A DNA stretch of 64,000 bases from IMG/VR virus record IMGVR_UViG_3300049198_000021, positions 96,001 through 160,000 of that record; one strand, written 5' to 3'. Below the pieces are notes generated by a model. It was given only the letters and a program-made list of their open reading frames with translations, had not been told where the DNA came from and ran no database searches. Source of the stretch: a virus. Lineage: Duplodnaviria > Caudoviricetes. How positions within the stretch are numbered: position 1 is the stretch's first letter; each line of letters opens with the position of its first letter. Made by a program: the position numbers and the translations under genes. This document shows, one piece after another, positions 50,363 to 59,535 of this stretch.

Positions 50363-50645
50363 GATTCTTCCGAGCGCCGGACTCGAAAGCCCGCTGAGTG
50401 ACAGCCGACATCGCGGCGAGGTCTGAGAGGGTAACGGTCGGGTGATGCTTTGCCAGCCATCCCTCGATCGCGCCGATCACATCGGAGAGTTCGACTAGCG
50501 CCATGATCTGAACGTTCTGGTCCAGTGCATCGGCGAACTCGTCGATCTCCTCGTAAATCTTGGAGTCTTCCCCGAAAACACCGCGTGCGATTACCGCCTT
50601 GTGGTATCCGAGGAGCGCTTCGGTTTCTGTTTCGGGTTCAGGCAC
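50352..50645 (-). CDS. Small MazG/HisE-like nucleotide pyrophosphohydrolase
   Basis: KI.EE.DE..DA.....ELSD. Confidence 0.6.
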   Translation of the reverse strand: MPEPETETEALLGYHKAVIARGVFGEDSKIYEEIDEFADALDQNVQIMALVELSDVIGAIEGWLAKHHPTVTLSDLAAMSAVTQRAFESGARKNRDG

Positions 50646-50838
50646 GCTTCTTCATCCTCTTGCGGAACGCACGGTTCTCGACGGACATTGCCTTGCGGCG
50701 CTGGGCGCGATTGAGACCTTCGTAGCGGGTGTCGCGGACATTCTGCCAGCGAATATCAGAAGTGGTATCGTTCGGGTCAGAAACCAAAACGGTGCCGTCG
50801 GTTGTTTCGAAGTCTAGGGTCATGGTTCTCACATTCAT
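50638..50838 (-). CDS. Hypothetical protein
   Basis: NRAQRR basic C-terminus. Confidence 0.5.
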   Translation of the reverse strand: MNVRTMTLDFETTDGTVLVSDPNDTTSDIRWQNVRDTRYEGLNRAQRRKAMSVENRAFRKRMKKRA

Positions 50839-50930
50839 TTCCCAACAACAACATCGATGATAAGCGCAACACCCACGGCACCAATCAGAAGGACAGCGGT
50901 GGCCTGAATCCAAGAAAGCTTTCTATCCAT
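50835..50930 (-). CDS. 31-aa single-TM peptide
   Basis: MDRKLSWIQATAVLLIGAVGVALIIDVVVGK; first ORF after a boxed promoter. Confidence 0.45.
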   Translation of the reverse strand: MDRKLSWIQATAVLLIGAVGVALIIDVVVGK

Positions 50931-50951
50931 TTTCTTTCCCCTTCAAGCCAC

Positions 50952-50980
50952 CGCATATCCAGAATGGCGGTGAGAGTCAA
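50952..50980 (-). promoter_or_regulatory. Promoter with box in spacer
   Basis: TTGACT-ct-CACCGCCATTCT-gga-TATGCG. Confidence 0.65.
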
Positions 50981-50989
50981 ACGAAATCG

Positions 50990-51217
50990 TCAGGTGATGC
51001 GATGAACTCGGGCACCGGGCACAGAACGTTCGATCACCAGTGCGATTTCATCAGCATCCCCGACAAGATCGAGATTTGCTACCACCCCATGAGGAGCATA
51101 AGCAAGCAGCTTGGTCATAGTCGGCGCGTTGGGATCAGACAGGAGGGTGAAGAACAGACGACCGTCCAGATAGACCGGGCCTACATCCTTGTCTTCAAAT
51201 CGAAGAAGGTCCATCAC
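50990..51217 (-). CDS. Hypothetical protein
   Basis: Coupled ORF. Confidence 0.55.
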   Translation of the reverse strand: MMDLLRFEDKDVGPVYLDGRLFFTLLSDPNAPTMTKLLAYAPHGVVANLDLVGDADEIALVIERSVPGARVHRIT

Positions 51218-51345
51218 TTGTCCACTTCGAAGGTGCGCTCATACGTCTCGGCGGGATTTTCGTCGGCGTATTTGCGGGTGACAAACCGGCCAGTGATGGC
51301 CGATACGAAGCGCTTGAAGCGCCGGCGGAGATTGAAGCGGCTCAT
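51214..51345 (-). CDS. 43-aa basic protein (SAITGRFVT..YA..NP..T type)
   Basis: Overlaps its neighbours by 4 nt on both sides. Confidence 0.55.
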   Translation of the reverse strand: MSRFNLRRRFKRFVSAITGRFVTRKYADENPAETYERTFEVDK

Positions 51346-51485
51346 GCGATCATCGCCGGCATGAAGTGGAAGATGAAGTAGTAGATGCCGTAAACGATCA
51401 TCCCCAAGAAGGCGAGCTTCGCGAGGAGGAGGATACAGCCGATCCCTGCCAAGATACCACCAACGGTGCCATCAACATTCGACAT
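51342..51485 (-). CDS. Small membrane protein
   Basis: AAGGA RBS; hydrophobic. Confidence 0.55.
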   Translation of the reverse strand: MSNVDGTVGGILAGIGCILLLAKLAFLGMIVYGIYYFIFHFMPAMIA

Positions 51486-51531
51486 TGTGTTTTCCTTGTG
51501 ATGTGCTGCCCGGCCGAAGCCGGGCAACGGG

Positions 51532-52104
51532 TTATGCCTTGTCGGCGCGGGCCTGTGCGTCGGCGTCGGTGTAGGTGAGGCCCGCGTAGCGGACGCTCAG
51601 CTTGGCGATGTTGGCAGCAAGCACGTCGTCCTGCTCGACACCAGTCATGTGACGGATCACCATCAGGGGGCCTTCCAGCTTCGCCAGAACAGCGATGAAA
51701 GCATCGCGATCGACAGGCTTCTGGTATACCACCACCTTCTTGACCAAATCGAGGATGTCACCGCCGGCAACCGAGATGACAGCAGCCATCTCGATCGGTT
51801 CGGGTGAATACATGAAGGGGATGTCGGCTTCGATCACCTCATCACGGGCCACGCCGAGGTTGGTGCGAAGCTGCTGGAGATAGAACTCCATGTCGCCCAG
51901 TTCTTCGACCAGATTTTCCAGATCAAGCTCGCGGTTGTTGTGAAACTCCAGAAGAGCCAAGCAAATCTCGGACGCTTCGGTAGCAACGCCGGTCCCGGCG
52001 TGCCACAGATCAGCAGTCTCGGCCGTCAATCCGCTGAGGATGTCGGCACCCGGCTTGACCAATGCGCGGACAAGCTCGGGATGGGTGATGGTTTGTTCAG
52101 TCAA
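51532..52104 (-). CDS. MazG-like NTP pyrophosphohydrolase
   Basis: G...EASE, NLVEELGD..FY, NIAKL..RY. Confidence 0.75.
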   Translation of the reverse strand: MTEQTITHPELVRALVKPGADILSGLTAETADLWHAGTGVATEASEICLALLEFHNNRELDLENLVEELGDMEFYLQQLRTNLGVARDEVIEADIPFMYSPEPIEMAAVISVAGGDILDLVKKVVVYQKPVDRDAFIAVLAKLEGPLMVIRHMTGVEQDDVLAANIAKLSVRYAGLTYTDADAQARADKA

Positions 52105-52114
52105 GGTGTGTTCC

Positions 52115-52615
52115 TCAGGCTGCGATCGTGGAAGGAGCGGAATCCGCATTGGCGATTTTCGCCGACCCATTCTGGGCAACGTATTCCTCAGCGAATTTCC
52201 AGACCGCATTGCGGAAATCCACATCAGTGAGAAGGTAACGCATGTAAGTGCCGACCACCTGAGCAGTGGTAGGAAGGCTGTAGCCGGTCGGATCACCACC
52301 TTCGTTGTCCAGCGTGACGTTGTAGCGCCCGGTGGTCAGGTCCTTGTCGGTAAGGGAGATTGTCATCTTGGCCGGAGTTTCAGTCATCGGCATTTCCGGG
52401 TTGTCCCGCGTCATGCTGTCAATCAGGTCGCGACCGAATGCCACAACACCATTCGCAAAGTCCTCCGTGGCGATGATGGTGTTGAGGTAGAACGCTGTGA
52501 AATACGCAGCGGTAGCCTGTCCGTCATCGATCTCGGTCCCAGATGCAGCAAAATCAACCTTGTAGGTCGCTGCTGCCAGATCGATGTCGCTGACAGTCAA
52601 GGTCACAAATGCCAT
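52115..52615 (-). CDS. Hypothetical protein with internal duplication
   Basis: Two copies of T.T..D.DL....Y.V.......T.A. Confidence 0.7.
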   Translation of the reverse strand: MAFVTLTVSDIDLAAATYKVDFAASGTEIDDGQATAAYFTAFYLNTIIATEDFANGVVAFGRDLIDSMTRDNPEMPMTETPAKMTISLTDKDLTTGRYNVTLDNEGGDPTGYSLPTTAQVVGTYMRYLLTDVDFRNAVWKFAEEYVAQNGSAKIANADSAPSTIAA

Positions 52616-52668
52616 AATAAGTTACTCCAGTTTCAGGCAAAATATCCTCCAGCAGGAGGACAGCCCTC

Positions 52669-53256
52669 CTACAGGAAACGTAGCTTGTCGAGAAAGCGCA
52701 TCTGGAACTCTTGGATCGCGAAGGGTTCTTGCCCCGGCGCGGCCCGCCGATTGGTGATCTTTTGACTGGCTGGAAGCGAGGCAATGAGTTCGTCAATCAG
52801 AGCTTCGGATTCGTGTTCCCCCTCAATAGGCTTGATCCAGTCGGCCGTGATGCCGAAGCATACACCACCGGCTGCTTCAACAGCCTTCATTTCATTGGGG
52901 AAGCGCACATCAGTGATCACGGTTTCCCGCCCACTGGTGAGCCCAATCGCAGTGCTGATCCACAGATCATCCGCGATAAGTTGACGACCCCATTCAGTCC
53001 CCAAGGTCTGCATTGCAAACCGAGGGGTCTGTCCGGAAAGATAAGAAGTCGGCATCTCTTTGAGATCGCCTTCCACCATCCGTTCGACAGTGAGAGCATC
53101 CAAACCGCGATAGGTCAAGAAACATCTCAGCATGTCTTTCAGAGCCCCCGCGAACTTGACGTTCTGGTAGCCCCGAGACAGCAGCACGAGAGCCGCTGTA
53201 TCTTTGCCTGATCCCTTCCGGCCAAGGAGGCCGATGAGCTTCGGTGTCGATGTCAT
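52669..53256 (-). CDS. Deoxynucleoside monophosphate kinase
   Basis: GRKGSGKDT, FA..LK, PR..MQ.LGTEWGR, DVRFPNE, HESE. Confidence 0.9.
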   Translation of the reverse strand: MTSTPKLIGLLGRKGSGKDTAALVLLSRGYQNVKFAGALKDMLRCFLTYRGLDALTVERMVEGDLKEMPTSYLSGQTPRFAMQTLGTEWGRQLIADDLWISTAIGLTSGRETVITDVRFPNEMKAVEAAGGVCFGITADWIKPIEGEHESEALIDELIASLPASQKITNRRAAPGQEPFAIQEFQMRFLDKLRFL

Positions 53257-53364
53257 GCTTCTGAGACTTTCTTAATTTTGGCGCAAGTGCTTACGGTGAG
53301 GCGAGGCATACTTGCGGTGAGTTGACGCAACCTTATAGTCTAACTGGCCGTATTCTGCCGTTTA

Positions 53365-53820
53365 TCACGGGATAATGACCAGTCGTTCTCTCGTCTGCTT
53401 CATCCATCTTGCGATGGCTTCATGGTCTTCTGCTGTTCCGTCGTTCTTTAACCGATTCGCCCGATACGACATGACCACGATGTTGCCCTTGACGTAGCCT
53501 CGATCGTTGTTGATACGATCTAAGGAATATGCATGGGGGTCTTGAGGCCCGGCAGAGACTCTTAGAGGCGTCCCGAACACCGGACAGTTGGTTGGTAAAG
53601 GTAGTAGGTCTTCGATTTCGAAGTCGAAAGCTAACCCAAGCTTAGCGGCCCTTGCTCGCGCCCTTCGCCACATACCAGCAGCCGGATTTTTTCGATAATG
53701 TATCTTGATCCATTCGTTAATACATGAACGACAGCGTGCTTGTGTTCCGTCGGTTGATCTCTTATCAGGTGGAAAATCTGATAAAGTCTTCTCCACCTGA
53801 CAGGCCCGGCACATTTTCAT
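53365..53820 (-). CDS. HNH-like (putative homing) endonuclease
   Basis: CxxC..CxxC N-terminus; CPVFG, SLDRINNDRGY..GN.....AN..K; AT-richer than neighbours. Confidence 0.75.
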   Translation of the reverse strand: MKMCRACQVEKTLSDFPPDKRSTDGTQARCRSCINEWIKIHYRKNPAAGMWRRARARAAKLGLAFDFEIEDLLPLPTNCPVFGTPLRVSAGPQDPHAYSLDRINNDRGYVKGNIVVMSYRANRLKNDGTAEDHEAIARWMKQTRERLVIIP

Positions 53821-55145
53821 GCTACAATAACCAACCGCTCAGCCGCTCGTGTAATGGCAGTATAAAGCCACTTATCAGCATCCTCTCGGAACGAGCCGGA
53901 ATCGTCGTGAACGATAACCTCATCCCATTGACTCCCTTGAGCTTTATGACAAGTTATCGCCCATCCGAAATCTAGCTGGTGATCATTGATTCGCGAACGG
54001 AAGGCACGGTCTTTGGTGGTGGTGGCGAAGTTCTTCACACGGCCAAAATGCTCTTCCAAGAGCCCTTGGTAACAGAACATCGAATATGCCTTACCCTCTT
54101 CATCGCGAATCTTGGCAAGGAACCGATCGGCCCCATCAGCAGCCATCCCGTGATCGTCAGCAGAATACACCTGAGTGCCGTTGACAAGGTTCGGGTAGGT
54201 GCGGCTGTTGCGGCACATGATCAGCGGCTCGCCCTTGTGGGGCAGTGTATCGAGGAAGCCACCTTCCTTGCGCATCTTGCTGGTCTGCTTCCAACGGTTC
54301 TTGTTGGTGCCGACAATGACCTGAGCATCGCGATCGAGGTCGAGGGTGTAGATGTCCTTCTTGGGAGGGACGATCAACACGCCGTTACCATAGTCACCAT
54401 AGTCACCGCGCTGGCCCTTGCGAACCAAAGTGGCGAGGTGGATGATCGGGTTGTCGGCCGCCTGCCGGTGGACTTCGGTAAGGAAGGCATCGGGCGAGCC
54501 GTTGAGGAAGCCGGGGTCTTCTCCAACCGGCGGAAGCTGGCCGGGATCGCCCATCACGAGGATGGGAATCTCGAAGTCCATGAGGTCTTCGGCCATCTGC
54601 TCACCGACCATGGAGCCTTCGTCCACCACGATTAGGTGGATGTCAGACTGCACGAGACGCGAGTCGGGATTGAGTGAGAAGCGGAGATCGTTCAGATCGT
54701 AGGCGCGATCGAGGTCGCGGGTGAGGATGTGAATCTTCTTCTCGGCTTCGTGGAGATCAGCCTTCAAGTTGCCCGACGGCGGAGCTACACTACCAGCCTT
54801 GAGCATGGTGACGAAGGTCTTCATCTCAGCCAGTTCGCGCTCCAGCGCCTCGGCCTTCTGCGGCTTGGGCGTGTAGATCAGCGAGTGGATTGTCGAAGGG
54901 TAGACGTTAATGCCCTGAGCCCGGAGCTTGGTTCCCATGACCTTGGCGGCCTTACCAGTCGGCGCACAGAAGGCAACCTGTTCAGGATCAAGCCCAAGGG
55001 CGTCTAGGATGTCAGGCAGGATGGTGGACTTACCGGTGCCTGCGAATCCACACATCACGAACACCTGCTTCATGGCAGTGCTGTTCTTGAACCATTCGCG
55101 GATGCGGCGCACGGCGTCCCCCTGCTGTGGGGAAAGCTCGAACAT
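53817..55145 (-). CDS. RecD/Dda-like SF1B DNA helicase
   Basis: GFAGTGKS, APTGKAA, VDEGSMV, GDPGQLPPV, ITCHKAQGSQW, YTAITRA. Confidence 0.92.
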   Translation of the reverse strand: MFELSPQQGDAVRRIREWFKNSTAMKQVFVMCGFAGTGKSTILPDILDALGLDPEQVAFCAPTGKAAKVMGTKLRAQGINVYPSTIHSLIYTPKPQKAEALERELAEMKTFVTMLKAGSVAPPSGNLKADLHEAEKKIHILTRDLDRAYDLNDLRFSLNPDSRLVQSDIHLIVVDEGSMVGEQMAEDLMDFEIPILVMGDPGQLPPVGEDPGFLNGSPDAFLTEVHRQAADNPIIHLATLVRKGQRGDYGDYGNGVLIVPPKKDIYTLDLDRDAQVIVGTNKNRWKQTSKMRKEGGFLDTLPHKGEPLIMCRNSRTYPNLVNGTQVYSADDHGMAADGADRFLAKIRDEEGKAYSMFCYQGLLEEHFGRVKNFATTTKDRAFRSRINDHQLDFGWAITCHKAQGSQWDEVIVHDDSGSFREDADKWLYTAITRAAERLVIVA

Positions 55146-55154
55146 TGGAGTTCC

Positions 55155-55436
55155 TTAGTCGAAGGTGACCTTGACTTTGTAATTGACATGCTCACCGTTT
55201 ACCCGGTGAAGGGTGTAGGCAATCACAGTGAACATCATCATCAAGATGAAGGTCACAATGATCGATACCACCGTCACCGGGTAAGACAGGAGTCTGAGGA
55301 TCAGCTTGAACGCGAACCGCCCCGCACCCTTGACTTTCTCAGGCTCGTTGATCCAGTAAAGGAGAGTCCCGGCAGACAGCGCGAGAACAGCGAGAGCGAG
55401 CATGAGGGTATAGAGAGAGGAGTCGGTCAGGATCAT
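55155..55436 (-). CDS. Two-TM membrane protein
   Basis: Two hydrophobic segments. Confidence 0.55.
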   Translation of the reverse strand: MILTDSSLYTLMLALAVLALSAGTLLYWINEPEKVKGAGRFAFKLILRLLSYPVTVVSIIVTFILMMMFTVIAYTLHRVNGEHVNYKVKVTFD

Positions 55437-55443
55437 AGCTTGA

Positions 55444-55761
55444 TCAGTCAGCCTTGCCGGGAGCCACGACGACTTCTTCCGGCTTGGAGGTCCGCATCTC
55501 GAACAGGAAAAGACCTGACGCGAGGAGATCACGGAACTCCTGTTCGGCGATCACGAGCGCTCCACGACCACCGACGTTGACGGTGTAAGTCGTGACGGGC
55601 ACGTTGGGGCCGAAGATCACTTCGATGAAGACGTTGCGGCCGGGCCCTTCGACCAAGGCGGCCTGAACGAAAACACCGGGGTGCTTCTCGTAAGGCTGCG
55701 TCAGGGTCGCGTCGGGGAGGCGCGCTAGATAGGCGTTGGAATCTGGGGTCTTGTCACCCAT
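55444..55761 (-). CDS. Hypothetical protein
   Basis: AAGGAG RBS; 105 aa. Confidence 0.7.
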   Translation of the reverse strand: MGDKTPDSNAYLARLPDATLTQPYEKHPGVFVQAALVEGPGRNVFIEVIFGPNVPVTTYTVNVGGRGALVIAEQEFRDLLASGLFLFEMRTSKPEEVVVAPGKAD

Positions 55762-55824
55762 GTGTTGTCTCCTTGGAAGTCGGGCGTGATGGGGAGGACC
55801 GAAGGACAGCCCTCCCCATTAAGC

Positions 55825-56925
55825 TTAATCGAAGTTGCGGACCCGGCGACCACCGGCGGCAGCGCCACGACCACGACGCGGAGCGGGAGCTTCCTCCTCT
55901 TCCTCTTCCTCGGCCGGGGCAGGGGTGCGGCCACGGCGGGGTGCCGGTGCTTCTTCCTCTTCCTCTTCGACCGGGGCAGCAGCCTTGCGGCCACGACGCG
56001 GAGCGGGAGCTTCGGGCTCGTCTTCCTCTTCCTCTTCGACCGGGGCAGCAGCCTTACGGCCACGACGCGGAGCGGGAGCTTCTTCCTCCTCTTCCTCGAC
56101 GGGAGCAGCGGCACGGCGGCCACGACGCGGAGCGGGAGCTTCCTCCTCTTCCTCTTCCTCGACCGGGACAGCGGCGCGACGACCACGGGCCGGGGCCGGT
56201 GCTTCATCTTCCTCTTCTTCCTCGGGCGGCGGAGCGATCGCCTTCTTCTTCTTGGCAGCCGGTGCCGGCTCTTCGAAGTCGTCTTCGTCGTCGAAGTCGC
56301 CATCACCGGTGAGGCCGGCCAGTTCTTCGGCCGTCATCCAGCCAACGATCTTGAGGACCGGCGACCACTTGATCTTGCCGTGCTTCTTGACCTTCGGCAC
56401 ATAGGATTCCGCACCGAGTTCGATGATCGGAAACTCTCCGGGGTGCTGGGCGAACACGCGACCGTAAGCAGCCGAGAGCTTGCGAAGCTGGCGAACCTGA
56501 CCACCGGTCGAGGTCTTCCAGAGGAGCGGGGTGCCGACCGCTTCATCCTGATCGTCGGTGCCATAGCTCTCCAGAACGAGGCTGATGGAAGCGGCTTCGC
56601 GCCAGCCATCATCATCGTCATAGGGGCCATGATCTTCCAGTTCATGTTCCATCGGCGGCTTGCCGTCCACGACGGGAACGAGGATTTCTTCCTCGACCGC
56701 GCTTTCGACCCAGCACATCCAGCCGAACGCGAGGGTCCCCATATCACCGACGACGCGGCTCTTGGCGGGGAGGTCTTCGTCGTCCTGACCGAACGACCAG
56801 CGGCCGTCGTTGCCATTGAACTTGAGGTAGGCACCGTCTGCAACACCCTTGCCGGCTTCCGCCCAAGGGTTTGCACCGGTGGTAGCGACATCACGGCCGC
56901 CGGACTGAGGAACAAGCTGTCCCAT
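55825..56925 (-). CDS. Single-stranded DNA-binding protein with long repetitive tail
   Basis: YLKFNG..G.W, P.IELG..SY..K..G....P...IVGW fold; acidic tail ending in NFD. Confidence 0.7.
   Translation of the reverse strand: MGQLVPQSGGRDVATTGANPWAEAGKGVADGAYLKFNGNDGRWSFGQDDEDLPAKSRVVGDMGTLAFGWMCWVESAVEEEILVPVVDGKPPMEHELEDHGPYDDDDGWREAASISLVLESYGTDDQDEAVGTPLLWKTSTGGQVRQLRKLSAAYGRVFAQHPGEFPIIELGAESYVPKVKKHGKIKWSPVLKIVGWMTAEELAGLTGDGDFDDEDDFEEPAPAAKKKKAIAPPPEEEEEDEAPAPARGRRAAVPVEEEEEEEAPAPRRGRRAAAPVEEEEEEAPAPRRGRKAAAPVEEEEEDEPEAPAPRRGRKAAAPVEEEEEEAPAPRRGRTPAPAEEEEEEEAPAPRRGRGAAAGGRRVRNFD
55862..56224 (-). repeat. Six E6-7-APAP(R/A)RGR-xAAxPV repeats
   Basis: Visible in both protein and DNA. Confidence 0.9.
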
Positions 56926-56977
56926 AGTTACTCCATTCTTAGAGGGGGTTCCGGGCAACCCGCCCGGAGAGGGACGA

Positions 56978-57265
56978 TTACTTCGTCAGGACGTTCTTGA
57001 GGTTCGCGAGAACCTTGGCGGCAGCGACCGCTTCGGCGATTTCAGCGCGGACTTCGGCGGCCTTCAACTCGGCCTGCTCGCGGATGCGAGTGACCTCATC
57101 TTCGGCGTCGGCGAACAGGTCTTCGACCTGCTCTTCGAGGTTGTTCACCCGATCGTCATTCTGGGCGAGGAAGATGTCGAGCTTGGCATCGAGAGCGATG
57201 ACGAAAGCGACGAGGGAATTGCTGCTACGCGCAATGAAACGCAGCAAGAAGGAATTGAGGTTCAT
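56978..57265 (-). CDS. Hypothetical coiled-coil protein
   Basis: 95 aa; downstream of a boxed promoter. Confidence 0.65.
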   Translation of the reverse strand: MNLNSFLLRFIARSSNSLVAFVIALDAKLDIFLAQNDDRVNNLEEQVEDLFADAEDEVTRIREQAELKAAEVRAEIAEAVAAAKVLANLKNVLTK

Positions 57266-57317
57266 GTCGGGAAAACCTTTCGGGAGGTGATTCGGTAGTG
57301 GTTGTTCTGAGACATTC

Positions 57318-57361
57318 TAGCTACACACCGGTAAGGTTAATGTCAAGCCAAAATGTCGGTG
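57318..57361 (-). promoter_or_regulatory. Promoter with upstream box
   Basis: CACCGACATTTT-ggc-TTGACA-17nt-TAGCTA. Confidence 0.7.
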
Positions 57362-57383
57362 GCGGGTAATTAAGCGACGAGGA

Positions 57384-58442
57384 TCAATCCTTGAGCTTGA
57401 CGGTCAGGCGCTCGTATCCGTTGCCTTCGCGTTGGTAGTCGTCGATGCTCTTCCCCAAGTCTTGGAGGTCAGCAGCGAGCGAGAGAGTGTCGAGCGACTT
57501 CTTGCCCGAACACCACGAGTTGCTGATGGTGAACCGGTCATCACCAACACCCTTGGTATCGTGTTCACGAAGAATTTCCTTGATCTCGGCTTCGATCACC
57601 TTCTTCTCGTGTTCGGCATCCTTGGCGGTCGCCGCAAATTCCTTCTGCCGGCCAGCCAGCAGCGCCAGACGATCAAGGATCGCCGGGTCTTCGATCTTGC
57701 GCTTGGCCTTCGGGAAGTTCTCACCGGTGGTGTAGGCACACTCCTGCGTGAACTCGCACAGATTGCACTCGCCGCTGATCTTGCCCTCAGCCATCAGGTC
57801 AGCCGGGTTCTCAGCAGCGAAGATCATCTTGGCGCGCTGCTTGGCAGCCTCGTAGATTTTCGGATCGCGCTTGACGACGTAGGGACGGATGTCTGAAAGC
57901 CACGACGCGTTGAAGTAGACGATCACCGCATACTCCGGCCGGAACTCGGTGAGTTCGTGGATGAGGCCCATCTGGACCTGCACCTGCCCGACGTGGATTT
58001 CCTTGGCTTCCTTGATGTTGGCGCGAGGATCGAACGACTTGTATTCGATCACCAAGTCCTCGGACAGGATGTCATCGATACCAAGCTGAGCGAGGGCGTC
58101 CGGATCGAGCCCGGTTGCCAGACCGTCCGGCGTTGCCGAGAGACGCCCCTTGCGAAGGGTCTCCTGTTCATCACCAGCGTAGAGCAGTTCGGCCCCTTCG
58201 GTCATGATCGCCTGCGTCGCCGGGACAGCGAAGAAGTTTTCGATGATGTCCCCGCGCTTGGCAGCGCCCCAGTCCTGTTCGTGATCGTCGTCAGCGTCAT
58301 ACTGGAACTTCTTGAAGTGGACCTTCCTCAAGCAGGAGAAAGCTTCGGAAGCACCGACCGATGCGTTGCGGTCATACTTCCATTCCTTCTCGTTGGAATC
58401 GGAGAAGGCTTGGAACATGCCGTCGAAATTGAGTGCAGCCAT
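57384..58442 (-). CDS. PD-(D/E)XK exonuclease (Cas4/YqaJ-like)
   Basis: SATPDG, IEYKS, QVQVQM, C..C...C. Confidence 0.78.
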   Translation of the reverse strand: MAALNFDGMFQAFSDSNEKEWKYDRNASVGASEAFSCLRKVHFKKFQYDADDDHEQDWGAAKRGDIIENFFAVPATQAIMTEGAELLYAGDEQETLRKGRLSATPDGLATGLDPDALAQLGIDDILSEDLVIEYKSFDPRANIKEAKEIHVGQVQVQMGLIHELTEFRPEYAVIVYFNASWLSDIRPYVVKRDPKIYEAAKQRAKMIFAAENPADLMAEGKISGECNLCEFTQECAYTTGENFPKAKRKIEDPAILDRLALLAGRQKEFAATAKDAEHEKKVIEAEIKEILREHDTKGVGDDRFTISNSWCSGKKSLDTLSLAADLQDLGKSIDDYQREGNGYERLTVKLKD

Positions 58443-59032
58443 TAGTTGATACTCGCGTCTGGGGCCATGCGGGCAGCAAGGCCATACTTCTCGGAAGTCT
58501 TGTTGAACTTCGCAGCCACAGCGGCGCGTAGATCGATGTTGAACTTCACGCCGATTGCCTGAGAGAACATCAGAGCGGTCCGAAGGGACTCGCTAAGATT
58601 GTTCACTGTGAGGTGGTTTGGGAAAGTGGCTGGAATGTTATCACCCCAGTAAGCTTTCTCGGTCTCCACCATTTCGACACAACCCATGACCTGCCCGATC
58701 GCCCGGCCGAACGAGACCGCGAGTGCATCTGCCTCGTAACTGGTCCAGTCATCAGCGGTGTCGTAACGCTTGATCTCCGGGAGATCGTAGGCGATGGCGA
58801 GCAGATCGAGACAGATGACGGCATCAGCCAGTTCGTCGCTCAGGTCCTGCATGGTAGCCCGCGAGCCGACCATGCCCAGCCGCTCGCGCTCCAGCTTCTT
58901 GACGACGTTCAGCAGTTCACCTGCCTCGCCGAAAAGCTCGATCGCGTAGAACAGCGGGCCGTCTTTGGCTCCATTGGACCATTCAATGCCGCGCTGGACA
59001 TTGGCTTCACGCATGTTGGAGTATTGCATCAC
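58442..59032 (-). CDS. MazG-like NTP pyrophosphohydrolase
   Basis: GEAGEL.NVVKK, DELADAVI, KFNKTS. Confidence 0.8.
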   Translation of the reverse strand: MMQYSNMREANVQRGIEWSNGAKDGPLFYAIELFGEAGELLNVVKKLERERLGMVGSRATMQDLSDELADAVICLDLLAIAYDLPEIKRYDTADDWTSYEADALAVSFGRAIGQVMGCVEMVETEKAYWGDNIPATFPNHLTVNNLSESLRTALMFSQAIGVKFNIDLRAAVAAKFNKTSEKYGLAARMAPDASIN

Positions 59033-59535
59033 TCGTCCTCGTCCTCTTCGTCCTCATCGTCATCGACACCGTGGCCGAACATCATCTCCTCGTGCTGGGC
59101 ACGGAAGGTGGCGAAGTCCTTGAACAGTTCGAGGAGCGGGATGAAATTCTGGATCACGTCCATCGACTTGTCGGCATCGACCATGGACTCGGCGTGGTAG
59201 CGTTCGGTGACATCACATTCACCGTCTTGAAAGATCACAAGAACTGGCTCGTCCTCATCACCTTCATTGACGGTTTCCGAAATGGTGAAATAGATGACGC
59301 CATCCGACACATCGAGATCATCTTCGTCGCCGATTTCGAAGTGGATCATCACGAGGACGAATACCTCGGAGAACGCGTGATGGCTGTGGAAGCTATCGTT
59401 GCCTTCTTGGATGTAGTCCACGTCACCGGCGAAGGCGATTTCCCAATCGCCATTTTCGTAGATGACCACCACCGGTGTGCCCGGCTTGTCAGCGGCTGGA
59501 ATTGTCGTGTTGAGCGTGAGCAGTGATGCGGTCAT
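59029..59535 (-). CDS. Acidic hypothetical protein
   Basis: Coupled ORF; two PV.VI(Y/F)..G segments. Confidence 0.65.
   Translation of the reverse strand: MTASLLTLNTTIPAADKPGTPVVVIYENGDWEIAFAGDVDYIQEGNDSFHSHHAFSEVFVLVMIHFEIGDEDDLDVSDGVIYFTISETVNEGDEDEPVLVIFQDGECDVTERYHAESMVDADKSMDVIQNFIPLLELFKDFATFRAQHEEMMFGHGVDDDEDEEDEDE

Noticed and set aside
57384-58442. Cas4 as evidence of a CRISPR system
   Set aside because: Solo PD-(D/E)XK exonucleases are routine in phage replication modules; no array or other cas genes
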